From assembly GCA_042570925.1 (NCBI GenBank), contig JBHPFX010000005.1:4969-68968 (forward strand): a DNA stretch of 64,000 nucleotides. Direction: 5' to 3'. Below, in pieces: positions 20,101 to 27,923 of this stretch. Position 1 is the first letter of the stretch; each line of letters starts with the position of its first letter. Under the pieces are notes generated by a model, which had not been told where the DNA came from, did no database searches, and saw nothing but the letters and a program-made list of their open reading frames with translations. This DNA is from Patescibacteria group bacterium (GTDB lineage Bacteria; Patescibacteriota; Patescibacteriia; UBA10025). The position numbers and the translations under genes were made by a program.

Positions 20101-20787
20101 CAAGTCAAGCCAGAATTGAGTTCCAGTTGGAACAACTCGTGTATAGAAATTACTGTTATTATTTGCTTCAGCCTGCCACTCAGAAACTGTCGGATTATAA
20201 GTGAATAGACCTGGGTCATTTGGATAAACACCAAGGACACCCATGTACGTTGAGCCATTACCGCCATAAGCGTCTGATCCATTCATATCAACTACGTAGT
20301 CACTTGTTCCGTTACCATCTACATCAACGAGAACATCCCAGTGATAGCTGTTGTATAACGAACCTGCTTTTTGCTGAGGATTATCCCGCAGGCGAATTCT
20401 AAAATAAAGATAGTCAGTATCCTGCCCAGATTGGAGAGTTGGTTCGGATCCTGGGTTTTCACATGGCGGACCTTCAACTGCATTTGAGGCGAGGTCAACA
20501 TTTTGAGGGGTGACATTTGTTCCACCGTTAGAATCGTCGTTAATACCACAAACGCCGTCTTCCCAGTCAGTAACCACGTGGCCGTTTATTTCATAAGCGG
20601 TCCAGGCAATGGTCTTGCCGTCAAATACTGAGGGAGCAGCTGCTTCAGCCGCAGGAGGCTGAATAAAAATACCCACCATCGACATATTGAAGATAAAGGT
20701 GAGCATGGTAACAACATGAAGACTTTTTAGCATACGCTGTCTCCATGTTTTCTTCGGAAGTAAGTTGATTTTCATAGTATTTTTCAC
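14152..20787 (-). CDS. Giant surface protein (2211 aa) with many prealbumin/Cna-B-like and DUF11-like repeats and an LPVKG-type anchor
   Basis: Signal peptide. Repeated 'T(I/V)TV.K.V...DG' beta-sandwich modules, tandem 88-aa repeats, and four DUF11-like repeats. The C-terminus reads 'DLPVKGGG' followed by a TM helix and 'RKEQSQ'. Confidence 0.85.
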   Translation of the reverse strand: MKNTMKINLLPKKTWRQRMLKSLHVVTMLTFIFNMSMVGIFIQPPAAEAAAPSVFDGKTIAWTAYEINGHVVTDWEDGVCGINDDSNGGTNVTPQNVDLASNAVEGPPCENPGSEPTLQSGQDTDYLYFRIRLRDNPQQKAGSLYNSYHWDVLVDVDGNGTSDYVVDMNGSDAYGGNGSTYMGVLGVYPNDPGLFTYNPTVSEWQAEANNNSNFYTRVVPTGTQFWLDLAVPKTEIPFSSYSSLFASTSASNTNPLQKDWMASEGFFVELIKNKSVENVTNPGYTTVSMPVKPGDTLRYTLSVTNAGNIFSPGFIFEDDVSDIVEYTNDPFNISNSGSYNSGTEIVSWPQQTINAGATVSETFDVTIEPYIEWPVQGDFTASNVYGDYIDVPFCNLWIEKIADPFTNDSGQGIHYTLHYGNNGTAVCTGGGARIDDYIPAGTTYVSGSNTQSVASDTDGEGIHFGYEYSKFGTANPDGFNGSLLSWNGHVVSPGETGTVTFKVMVDPLEPCADVDITNYGTIYSNEIPDGIDSNIVSSHYETECNGSLKVTKYVDSGTATPDEWSFTINGIGTLTPNSGEDFVIFNDLSANSYTVTESTNPDYWQVSTTCNNVVVNSSQQSECNFHNTRQAGDLIVNKVDESGAPLDVPVHVSGTEYTADDTTGADGQVYFFNIPTGFYDVSEVSPAGYTAGGYECTVGGGPGLQVVASGSGDTISDLEIMGDYTITCTFTNVRDIGTIVVHKDVVAPDGFTDVTDNQSFTVKLDGANNETITESTTVTYDNLPTGNYVITEELIDPDYTLVSITNGGNTTVTKDQTTHVYIVNKQHEATITVTKDVLNPDGGPVVDTHQFEANVTGDYGYNSSDAIAEGNNATFNVWPGTYTVTETPDPDYDLVSITPSQVTVPSGGSETVDVVNKQKKATITVYKDVMDYLGQDVSDNHTFTLNGTTYSFSENNELVLTVNPGQYTFSEDLDPDYTLYTILGDNDADETNGAMVEVGSNGSDELTFINYRNIGTIVVNKFVELPDQAPIYNPGDWSWSLDSESGILGGEQRALLTNVTYAVTEDTSVYSSNDFTSSWICYDGQTEIGSGFGTSFNIESTYANQHIVCTFTNVRDTVRVTFDKVIVGGGPSTDADWDFTINGIPGVYHDGDYVTLPTHTGPYDVNESSVYDNLYSLTNAWGACYLDNGQIKLNIGSQDTCTPYVCYVENTRDAGKLIVIKDVVNDDGGDAVASDFTLHVQLNSVDVADSPAAGSETGKEYSLVTGTYTVSEDLPPTGYTQTSVICDGQPTSTVVVENGVTKTCTITNDDIAPTLTLIKHVINDDGGTKVVSDFPLFINGSPVTSGVANTVSANTLVTATETEDPGYAASVWSGDCAANGTITLQPGENKVCEITNDDKAPTLKLIKHVINDDGGTKVVSDFPLFINGSPVTSGVANTVSANTLVTATETEDPGYAASVWSGDCAANGEITLQPGENKVCEITNDDIAPELTIIKHVINDDGGQAVASDFTMNVTGTNVSNASFAGAETPGVTVTLDQGSYSVDEDSYFGYAKTLGADCSGTINVGETKTCTITNDDIPGIIRGYKMDQLEAPLNDWEICLSGGSIDLGDSISQDFGVNCVYTGTGEWEDGYYEFDSLFAGTYGVAETLKYGWTAINPASGAHTGIVITPGSDVRKDFMNQLNEFDVSIDKTADATVQAGNELTYTLDWSVTGNTDVSNVVISDPLPANTTFVSADNGGTETAGVVTWNLNTVTPDANGTVSFIVQVNTPLYNGTVIDNTAEICGEGELVVAADAPEVPTQKCDDDSTTTIVESQPAIGLVKEADKPVINPGDEVTFTMTWSVGGTSPITNLILVDPIPDNSSFVSASDNGVYDAQTNLITWELGNHVPGDTGQVTMTVASDSPLSDGTIITNTGTLDSDETDPSVSASASVLIQAGPVLSIVKTVSETTVNPGQTISYTVIITNSGNDTAYNVVLTDTLPTGFTFADTGEGTKSYSLGDLAIDSSISTTYDVVVGEDVDAGLYENLAVASSDNYPDVSDDVSVEVIVPIVFGEKAPILTIVKTVDAQFANPGSTVTYTVVVENIGDGEAENVMLQDLLPAGFSFPNGTVTKTWELGDLLPGESRNISYDVVIDETIKAGTYDNLAVTWADNHDNVTTTVPLEVREVQVLAAEDLPVKGGGLTELAFLSFGIFVVLFVGGALWVTRKEQSQ
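16331..16858 (-). repeat. Two near-identical in-frame tandem 264-bp (88-aa) repeats inside the 2211-aa gene, followed by diverged copies
   Basis: 'tcatc(g/a)ttcgtgatctcacaaacctt' recurs at 16331 and 16595. The two copies differ at only a handful of positions. Both encode 'APTL(T/K)LIKHVINDDGGTKVVSDFPLFINGSPVTSG...'. Confidence 0.9.
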
Positions 20788-20847
20788 TTAGTTAGTTGTC
20801 TAAGTTATTAATTAATAAATTGATTAAATTAATTGATAAAGCTAATT

Positions 20848-20875
20848 ATGATACCTGATGACACCATTTTGTCAA
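20848..20875 (-). promoter_or_regulatory. Promoter TTGACA-N16-TATCAT proximal to the 2211-aa gene
   Basis: Perfect -35 at 20870..20875 and -10 at 20848..20853, about 60 nt upstream of the start codon. Confidence 0.55.
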
Positions 20876-20899
20876 GGGGTAGTGTCTTTGGCTTCGTTT

Positions 20900-21250
20900 G
20901 AGACGAGATCCTTCGCCCCTCCGACGAGTTAGACTCGTCTTCGTTGGCTCAGGATTATTTCTTCTAGGCGGAATCTCTGCGCCCATGAGGGCTTGAAATT
21001 CCGAGAAGAAATAAAAAAGCCAGCAGAAAGTTATAAACTAAACTTGTAAAGTGATCAGCGCGCTACGTCAATTAATCAATAATAGATGTAGTACTTCCTT
21101 ACTTGGTGCTGATTTTCGTCGATTTTATAACTTTTTGTTGGCTTTCAAAACGTTCCTCCGTCGTTTTGTATAATGTGCGTTGTTCCCCCTAGTCAAATGA
21201 GCAATTATTACAATAGATTTGTTTTAGATATTCAAGTGAACGATTTTTGT
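20900..21250. other. Structured non-coding segment (candidate ncRNA, long leader or MITE-like element)
   Basis: A 20-nt inverted repeat at 21016..21035 / 21126..21145, a nested hairpin 'ttatttcttct..cggaat..attccg.agaagaaataa', and the hairpin 'gacgag-ttaga-ctcgtc'. No credible ORF. Confidence 0.3.
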
Positions 21251-21262
21251 CTTAGTTGATAG

Positions 21263-21291
21263 ATATTACAGATAGTTGGTCTGTTTGTCAA
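21263..21291 (-). promoter_or_regulatory. Orphan promoter TTGACA-N17-TAATAT, about 470 nt upstream of the 2211-aa gene
   Basis: Perfect -35 at 21286..21291 and -10 at 21263..21268. The 14-mer 'ttgtcaagtgcatg' also occurs at 10553..10566. Confidence 0.5.
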
Positions 21292-21341
21292 GTGCATGAC
21301 CCGCATCGCTTTTTTCCCCATTTATTGGATATTTGGGCTGT

Positions 21342-21350
21342 TGTGGATAA
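21342..21350 (+). other. Perfect DnaA-box 9-mer
   Basis: Intergenic, 12 nt beyond the stop codon of the last pilus-operon gene. Confidence 0.4.
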
Positions 21351-21361
21351 CTTAGACAATA

Positions 21362-23143
21362 CTACTTTTCTACCCAAGTACCAAAGGCAACCCCTACATC
21401 ACCCCCTCCACCCGATGGAATAGTGAATGCTGAAAGGTTCGGATCATAGGTGATGGTACTGCCTTCTTCCAGCCTGACATAGTATCCCGAGGTTCCGTTG
21501 AGATTACTGCCATTATAGAGACGTACCATGCCGTTTTTTGCATAGAAAATGACCGCATCGGAGTTATTCGACGCATTTATCGCCGGACTTCCTGGATCAA
21601 TGGAGTAATTTGTTGAAAGAAGGAGTAAATAGCTTAATGGATCCCCAGAACCGGTAATGGCTGTATTGTTATTAATATCAATTTTTCCATCAGCTACAAT
21701 GACACTCGATCCTTGTCCGAAGCTTGGATCGAGGGATACGGCGGCTCCGGGATTAGTAAAAGTAACATCGCCTGTTATCCAAAGAGCGCCAGATACTATT
21801 AGGTGCGCAGATCCATCTAGTATTAAATTTCCATTTATCTTTTTGGGGCCGAGGGTTATCACACCTGAAATATGTAAATCTCCTACATGTTCACCGCCGA
21901 GTGCTGCGTCTGATTTCCAGTCATTAATGTGAACATCTTGTATTGGAAAAGGTTTTGGATCCGGATCAGCACTTCCTGGAAAAGAATTACCCAGCACGGT
22001 TGAGTCACCGCTGATATTTTGATAATACGCATCACCAGCGATTTCAGATTTTAATACATCGTGTGCATGAAGATCTTCTGTCACTTCGATCTGCCGTGCA
22101 AAAGTATCACCCGTTCCAAAAGAAAGTTTAAAAGAAAAATCTCCATTGAGAGGGTTCCAAGTTCCTACTTGCATATCTTCAGATCGTTTTGCCTCACCGT
22201 CAGGATAGTTTGTTCCGTCACTGTTAAAGCCAAGCTCAAGATGTTTTGCGGCATCGAAAGTTGGTGAATCGAGTACAATCCAATACGTGACTCCACCGGT
22301 GAGGAGGGGACCGATATCAAATTCTGTCTCCATCCATTCAAAGCTGGCAGGAAAGTCATTCTTACTTATTATTTTATCAACGAGCGTAACAGTACTTGGT
22401 GATCCTGCACCGTCATCCTCTGCGATTTTAAGATTAACGTCGCCAGGAAGCGTTCCATTGCGCATAATATAAAGTTCAATCTTTTTTATCGGTGAATCGG
22501 CGGGTGCAAGAAAGCTTTGTGCTACATCTGTATGAGTATTTGCATGTGCGACAAATTGATTGTCCGGAAAATCTTCCTGGGATGGTCCTGATGTAAGTGG
22601 AATGCCGCGAGCAACCCACACTGTGCCATTTGCTTTGGCCGAAATGGCCGCTCCCGTACCTCCAAATAAATTACCATTTGAATAAATATCTCCAATCACC
22701 TCACTGTTATTAAGTATTTCGATTCCTCCCTGTCCTGACTGAACCGCATAATCGAAACCACCTGAAAAGGATGAAGTATTGGCTATGATTTGAAGTGTTC
22801 GAATTTTATTAGTTGTGTCTGTGGCTTGAGAAGTTATGATTCTCTGATAGGGGTTAACAGGATTTGATGAAACCGTGACATCAATTGCAACTCCCTCGAG
22901 TGACATTGAAAATGGCTGAGGTACCGGATTACTTGTTAAACGATATAATGCTTCATTAATACCTGATTCAGCTGCGAAAAATGTTTTCTCAGTTGAAATT
23001 TCAGAACTTCCCATGTGTAATTCATCAAGTGCAAGAACACTCACGCTCGTCATGATAATCAGTGCAAAGGTGGAAATGCCGAGTATGAGAATAACTGCTG
23101 CCGCACCTCGTGTATTTTTCTGTAAAGATATCTGGGTGTTCAT
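21362..23143 (-). CDS. Large PilX/GspK-like minor pilin with beta-helix C-terminal region (candidate pilus-tip protein)
   Basis: The N-terminus 'NTRG|AAAVILILGISTFALII' is a prepilin-like hydrophobic segment lacking Glu+5, as in GspK/PilX. The C-terminus has repetitive 'G.L.I.G...V.G.L.I.GDV' beta-helix-like strands. It is the last gene of the pilus operon. Confidence 0.6.
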   Translation of the reverse strand: MNTQISLQKNTRGAAAVILILGISTFALIIMTSVSVLALDELHMGSSEISTEKTFFAAESGINEALYRLTSNPVPQPFSMSLEGVAIDVTVSSNPVNPYQRIITSQATDTTNKIRTLQIIANTSSFSGGFDYAVQSGQGGIEILNNSEVIGDIYSNGNLFGGTGAAISAKANGTVWVARGIPLTSGPSQEDFPDNQFVAHANTHTDVAQSFLAPADSPIKKIELYIMRNGTLPGDVNLKIAEDDGAGSPSTVTLVDKIISKNDFPASFEWMETEFDIGPLLTGGVTYWIVLDSPTFDAAKHLELGFNSDGTNYPDGEAKRSEDMQVGTWNPLNGDFSFKLSFGTGDTFARQIEVTEDLHAHDVLKSEIAGDAYYQNISGDSTVLGNSFPGSADPDPKPFPIQDVHINDWKSDAALGGEHVGDLHISGVITLGPKKINGNLILDGSAHLIVSGALWITGDVTFTNPGAAVSLDPSFGQGSSVIVADGKIDINNNTAITGSGDPLSYLLLLSTNYSIDPGSPAINASNNSDAVIFYAKNGMVRLYNGSNLNGTSGYYVRLEEGSTITYDPNLSAFTIPSGGGGDVGVAFGTWVEK

Positions 23144-23146
23144 ATA

Positions 23147-23668
23147 TTAATAAATGAGTCGGCGGGGGATGGTGGTTGAAGTAAGAGAAATTGAATCACT
23201 TGCCGAAGGATCTGTGATCCCGATTTTTTGCTGAACGGTGAGTGCGACCGTTATAGCATTTCCATCTTTCTCAAACCGTAGGGATGTTACACCGACAGAA
23301 TCGGTAGAGAGGTCAACGGGGCCAGAGCCGTCATCATATACCGCACGTTCGTTATTCCAGAGAAACGTTGAGGTTCCCGAGCTTGTTATCAGTGAGAGCT
23401 TCCCGTGGTCATTATCCAATATTGATTGAGCGATATCGATATCTGTTGCACTGCGTATTTCTTGTGTTATTCTTGAGATCATAAATCGCGCATTCTGTTG
23501 GACTTCTTTCGATATTTTTGACTGGACGGCGTTTTTTGTTACGTCCGTCATAAAGCTTGTGAAAACGAGGGCAGCAATAGTAACAATGCTTAAATAGATA
23601 ATAAGCTCGATGGCAGTGAACCCACTCGTATTATTGCTAAGCTTGTGTTGCCTATGTGGCTGAATCAT
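23147..23668 (-). CDS. Prepilin-type minor pilin (PilW/GspJ-like)
   Basis: 'SG|FTAIELIIYLSIVTIAAL' is a class III signal with Glu+5. The gene overlaps the upstream gene by 4 nt. Confidence 0.7.
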   Translation of the reverse strand: MIQPHRQHKLSNNTSGFTAIELIIYLSIVTIAALVFTSFMTDVTKNAVQSKISKEVQQNARFMISRITQEIRSATDIDIAQSILDNDHGKLSLITSSGTSTFLWNNERAVYDDGSGPVDLSTDSVGVTSLRFEKDGNAITVALTVQQKIGITDPSASDSISLTSTTIPRRLIY

Positions 23669-24276
23669 AGATTTTCCCAGGCTGTCAGAATGGTTGATAA
23701 GCTTACTTCTTTTGCATTTCCTCGTTCAGTCCATGAGACGGTTACTGTTGTTTTCTTTGTATTTGGATCAACAGTGCCTCCGGATTCGACTATGTTTCCG
23801 TCAACATCACGTTGAAGGTTAACGATTGTTATATCACGAGAAAAAATAGGATCAGTGGAAATTATTTCACTGCCTGCTGCAAGCTGCCAGCCAAATCCTC
23901 CGGAAACAATATGAAGCGGGCTGTTTGAGACTAAACCATGACGATATTGAGTCCAGCAACTCGTATACGCGCTTGGCAGTGTGCACACCTGGGCATCGTT
24001 GCTTTTTGTGCAGGTATTTCCCGTACATATGTCCTGACCGCCGCTTGAAGTGCATTCGCAGGCGAACTCCTGATTTTTTATCTCCGTAACAATTTCAAGT
24101 GATTGACGAGCGTATCCCAGTGCTTTTTCTCTCAATTCACTTGTTACATCATTATTGTGAACGGAAGCCAGAACACCACCGATGCTCACCACCAAAATTC
24201 CTCCCATACTTAACGCGATAAGCACTTCAACGACACTTACCCCCTTATTATTCCGGATGAGTTTTTTCATATGCAT
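23665..24276 (-). CDS. Prepilin-type minor pilin (PilV/GspI-like)
   Basis: 'KG|VSVVEVLIALSMGGILVV' carries Glu+5. The gene abuts the upstream gene. Confidence 0.65.
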   Translation of the reverse strand: MHMKKLIRNNKGVSVVEVLIALSMGGILVVSIGGVLASVHNNDVTSELREKALGYARQSLEIVTEIKNQEFACECTSSGGQDICTGNTCTKSNDAQVCTLPSAYTSCWTQYRHGLVSNSPLHIVSGGFGWQLAAGSEIISTDPIFSRDITIVNLQRDVDGNIVESGGTVDPNTKKTTVTVSWTERGNAKEVSLSTILTAWENL

Positions 24277-24720
24277 TTATTGGAGCGCGATTTTACCAAT
24301 TGCATCGATAGTGATTGTCTTTTCTCGTCCACCGGGAAATCCAACCTTTACTATCACATCGGAATCAGTCGTACCGAGCAGTCTGTCAAACACTATATGT
24401 GAATTTACTCCTTGAAGAATTTCAATGCCATTGTAAAGAGAAAAAGGTGTGGTATAAGTCGGTGCAGACCAGTCGTCACCGTATATCGTGTATTGCTCCG
24501 CTTCGAAAAAGATACCGTGAGGCGTGCCATCTTGTGCTGAGAGAGATCTATTTTGCGCAGTACGAAGCATGCTGACAATTTCATTTGCATAATTATTCAG
24601 CACGATATTCTTTCTTACCGTTTGATACGATGGAATGCCAATAGCAGCCAATATCGTTATGATTCCTATTACGGCCATAAGCTCAATCGAGGTAAATCCT
24701 TTTTGATGAAAAAGTTTCAT
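24277..24720 (-). CDS. Prepilin-type pilin (FimU/GspH-like)
   Basis: 'KG|FTSIELMAVIGIITILAAIGIPSY' is the canonical N-terminal cleavage/methylation motif. Confidence 0.75.
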   Translation of the reverse strand: MKLFHQKGFTSIELMAVIGIITILAAIGIPSYQTVRKNIVLNNYANEIVSMLRTAQNRSLSAQDGTPHGIFFEAEQYTIYGDDWSAPTYTTPFSLYNGIEILQGVNSHIVFDRLLGTTDSDVIVKVGFPGGREKTITIDAIGKIALQ

Positions 24721-24727
24721 GAATTAT

Positions 24728-25936
24728 TTATATAGTTTCTGAAAATTTCCAGATAGGCGTCAATACGGCGATAGCAACGAAACCAACGGTAAAGCCAATA
24801 AGCAAGAGAAGAGTCGGCTCAATAATAGAAGCAAGATTCTTAATTGTTGCGGAAACTGATTTTTCATAAAAAATTGCCAGCCGGGTCAGCATATGATCGA
24901 GTTTTCCGGTTCGTTCGCCTACTTCAATCATTCGACTCGTTATTGAAGGATATAGTTTTGGATATCCTTTCAACACATCTGCAAGGGGAATTCCTTTTTG
25001 GATAAAAATGATTCCAGATCGCTGAGATTCTTGATACAAGCTGTTATTTGAAACACCCGCAGTGAGATCTAGCGCTTCATTAAGCATGACACCGCTTTTA
25101 AGTAACGAGCTTAATGCTCGAGTAAAGCGCGCCAAGTTAAATTCCATGAGAATCTTTTTGAGTTGAGGGATTTTAAGAAGAAATGTATCCCATTTCTTTT
25201 TTCCTTTAGGACTTTTAGTCCATCGAACGATTACATATATAAGGATTCCAAGTACTGGAATGAGGGCAAGCCCCCATTGTAGAAGAAAGTTGCTTAAGCC
25301 AATAAGCACTTTGGTGGCGAAAGGTAATTCGACTTCATATTGGATTAGAACGCTTGTTACTTGCGGAACAACAAAGGTCATCATGAGGGTGACCATACCG
25401 ACAAGGGCCGCGATGATAATTATTGGGTACACCATGGCCCCTCGCGCCTGAGTTAAAAGATCATAGTCTTTCTCTTGTTGTTCAAGCAGGTAGGAGAGTG
25501 CGTCATCTAATTTTCCGCTATTTTCACCAACCTTAATAAGGTTTATAAAGAAGGAAGAAAAATATTTTGGATGCTGCCCAAGTGCGCTATGAAATGATTG
25601 TCCTTTTTGAACTCTCTTATAGATATCTGTCAGTATTTCTCTGAATTTCTGATTTGTTGTTTGTTCGGAAGTTATTTTAACTGCCTGATCCATTGCCATT
25701 CCCGATTCCAGCATCGTATAAAGGTGCCTGGTGAAGAAGATCTTATCCAGCCGACTTACTCCTTCAAACATATGATTGAGGCGGGAGTAGCGTGAATGTT
25801 TTACTAATTTAATATTTACAAGCAAAAAGCCCTCGCTCTCGAGTTTTTCGGTGGCTTTTTTTACATTAGAAGCTTCAATTTTGCCGTTAACGTACGAATC
25901 TGTTTTGTCTAATGCGTTGTAAATAAATTCCGCCAT
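24728..25936 (-). CDS. pilC: Type IV pilus/T2SS platform protein
   Basis: 402 aa with two T2SSF-type repeats ('FTRHLYTMLESGM', 'FTRALSSLLKSGV') and three TM segments. Confidence 0.9.
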   Translation of the reverse strand: MAEFIYNALDKTDSYVNGKIEASNVKKATEKLESEGFLLVNIKLVKHSRYSRLNHMFEGVSRLDKIFFTRHLYTMLESGMAMDQAVKITSEQTTNQKFREILTDIYKRVQKGQSFHSALGQHPKYFSSFFINLIKVGENSGKLDDALSYLLEQQEKDYDLLTQARGAMVYPIIIIAALVGMVTLMMTFVVPQVTSVLIQYEVELPFATKVLIGLSNFLLQWGLALIPVLGILIYVIVRWTKSPKGKKKWDTFLLKIPQLKKILMEFNLARFTRALSSLLKSGVMLNEALDLTAGVSNNSLYQESQRSGIIFIQKGIPLADVLKGYPKLYPSITSRMIEVGERTGKLDHMLTRLAIFYEKSVSATIKNLASIIEPTLLLLIGFTVGFVAIAVLTPIWKFSETI

Positions 25937-25937
25937 A

Positions 25938-27686
25938 TTATTCCTTTGTGACTCTCATTACTTCTGCAAAAGTTGTCTGGCCATTGAAAACTTTTAGTAT
26001 GCCATCTTCATTTATAGTAAGTGTTCCGCGTTTCTGTGCCAGACGTTGAATATTCTCGGATACAGGATTTTTCATTATTTCACTTGAAATATCTGGATCG
26101 ATACTCATAACCTCATAGATACCAATTCTTCCTCTAAAGCCTGTGCCGTTGCATTTATCACATCCTCTTCCATATGAGTACGTTCCATCAATGTGCGAGG
26201 CATTTTTAGAAACGAGATTGAGTTTTCTGAATTTCTTAAAAATTTCAGGAAAATTAAATATTGATTCATATAAAGAAGTTGCTTTCTCTGATGATCGAAA
26301 AACTGATTTGCAGTGAGTACAGATTTTACGAACAAGACGCTGGCCAATTATAAGATTGGTAACTGATGTGGCAAGGAAAGGCTGGATGCCCATTTCAATG
26401 AGGCGCTGAATTGCAAGAAAAGCGGAATTAGTATGCAAGGTGGAAAGTACTAAGTGTCCGGTCATGGCGGAGTTAAGAGCCATATCAGCTGTTTCAGTGT
26501 CACGGATTTCTCCGACCATTAAAATATTTGGATCTTGTCGAAGTAGCGACCTGAGACCTGAGGCAAAAGTCAGTCCCGCAATAGGGTTAATTTGCATTTG
26601 GTTAACACCTTCGAGTCCGTATTCAATAGGATCCTCGATGGTACTTATGTTTACGTGATCTTTGTTCAACATCCGAAGCAACGAATACAGTGTTGTTGTT
26701 TTTCCGGAACCAGTTGGACCGGTAACAAGAATCATTCCGTGGGGCTTTTCAATCTCTTTCTTTACAATTTTCAGATCACGTTGATTAAAACCAAGTCCAG
26801 CCAAACTGAATTGCTGCTCGCGGGTATCAAGAAGTCTTAAGACTGCCTTACTGCCGTTGAGCGTAGGGATGATTGAAATTCTGACGGCAATTTCATTTTG
26901 ATTAAATCTAAATGTGAAACGACCATCTTGAGGTGCCCGATGTTCGTCAATTTTTAACCTGCCCATAATCTTAAGTCGAGTCACCAAGGGTGGCAGGATT
27001 TCTTTTGGAAGTTCAACTATTTTACTCAGCAGGCCATCAACTCGAAATCGAATATGAATGACATGTGAGTTTGGCTCAAAATGTATATCTGAAGCTTTTT
27101 GTGCAATTGCTCTTTCGATTATCGTATTTACAATTCTTATGATTGGGACAAACTGAGCCATCTTTTCAGCAGTGTCATGGACCGCCAAAGCTTTTTCAGT
27201 GCTGTCTTTTATAATTTGAGAAAATTCTGTAGAGATCTCGCTATGATAATGTTTGAGCGCATGGGAGATGTCAGTAGGAGTCGTAATAAAAATTTTTGGC
27301 GACATCCCTGTTTTCTTTTTTATAAACTCAATAATTTGATGATTATCAGGATTAGTCACGGCAACGTAAATATCATTTTTAATTTTCTTGAAAATAACAA
27401 CGGAATGTTGTTCAGCAACTTCTTTTGGTATCAACTTAATTACGTAGGGGGCAATCATTCTCCGCCTAAGTTTAATCGCAGGTAAAGCAAAAATATCAGA
27501 AAAAGCCGGCAGAAGCTTATCGTGATGACTTGCATGCTGGTCTGCTAGAACTTCTATTATATGTCGATCGTCTTTTTTTGCTTCTCTCGCAGCTTGCTTA
27601 AATGCATCCTTAGAAACGACATTATCTTTGTTGACGCGTTTCCAAAGCTGATCGTTTTTTGAATCGCTTGAAAGTATACTGATCAT
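25938..27686 (-). CDS. pilB: Type IV pilus assembly ATPase
   Basis: T2SSE_N-like N-terminus, Walker A 'GPTGSGKTTT', Asp/His boxes, and a tetracysteine motif 'CTHC...CDKC'. Confidence 0.9.
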   Translation of the reverse strand: MISILSSDSKNDQLWKRVNKDNVVSKDAFKQAAREAKKDDRHIIEVLADQHASHHDKLLPAFSDIFALPAIKLRRRMIAPYVIKLIPKEVAEQHSVVIFKKIKNDIYVAVTNPDNHQIIEFIKKKTGMSPKIFITTPTDISHALKHYHSEISTEFSQIIKDSTEKALAVHDTAEKMAQFVPIIRIVNTIIERAIAQKASDIHFEPNSHVIHIRFRVDGLLSKIVELPKEILPPLVTRLKIMGRLKIDEHRAPQDGRFTFRFNQNEIAVRISIIPTLNGSKAVLRLLDTREQQFSLAGLGFNQRDLKIVKKEIEKPHGMILVTGPTGSGKTTTLYSLLRMLNKDHVNISTIEDPIEYGLEGVNQMQINPIAGLTFASGLRSLLRQDPNILMVGEIRDTETADMALNSAMTGHLVLSTLHTNSAFLAIQRLIEMGIQPFLATSVTNLIIGQRLVRKICTHCKSVFRSSEKATSLYESIFNFPEIFKKFRKLNLVSKNASHIDGTYSYGRGCDKCNGTGFRGRIGIYEVMSIDPDISSEIMKNPVSENIQRLAQKRGTLTINEDGILKVFNGQTTFAEVMRVTKE

Positions 27687-27914
27687 GAAAAGGAAGTATT
27701 AATAAATTCAAAGTCTCTTCTTGCCTACTCTATACATAACCACAAAATCACTCATTTCAGTAGTTATAGTGGTTCCACATTATACACAGAAGAGGTGCCA
27801 GGTGATTGGTCATTAAGACAGATCAATAGACATATTGTCAAGGGAATACAGCACTATTGCGAAATTGCCGAACAATATGAGAAAAGAGTGCATATATTTG
27901 GACTGGAGATAAAC

Positions 27915-27923
27915 TGTGGATAA
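27915..27923 (+). other. Perfect DnaA-box 9-mer in the pilB/pcm divergent spacer
   Basis: TTATACACA (27780..27788), which fits TTATNCACA, lies in the same 335-bp spacer in the opposite orientation. Confidence 0.4.

Noticed and set aside
10826-20402. Many 60-209-aa ORFs antisense to the three giant genes, for example 16295..16924 (+), 11509..11856 (+) and 19435..19767 (+).
   Set aside because: They lie entirely inside long minus-strand ORFs that have signal peptides, recognisable repeats and anchors. Their translations are low-complexity mirror images, and 16295..16924 itself repeats because of the 264-bp tandem. They have no promoters or starts of their own.
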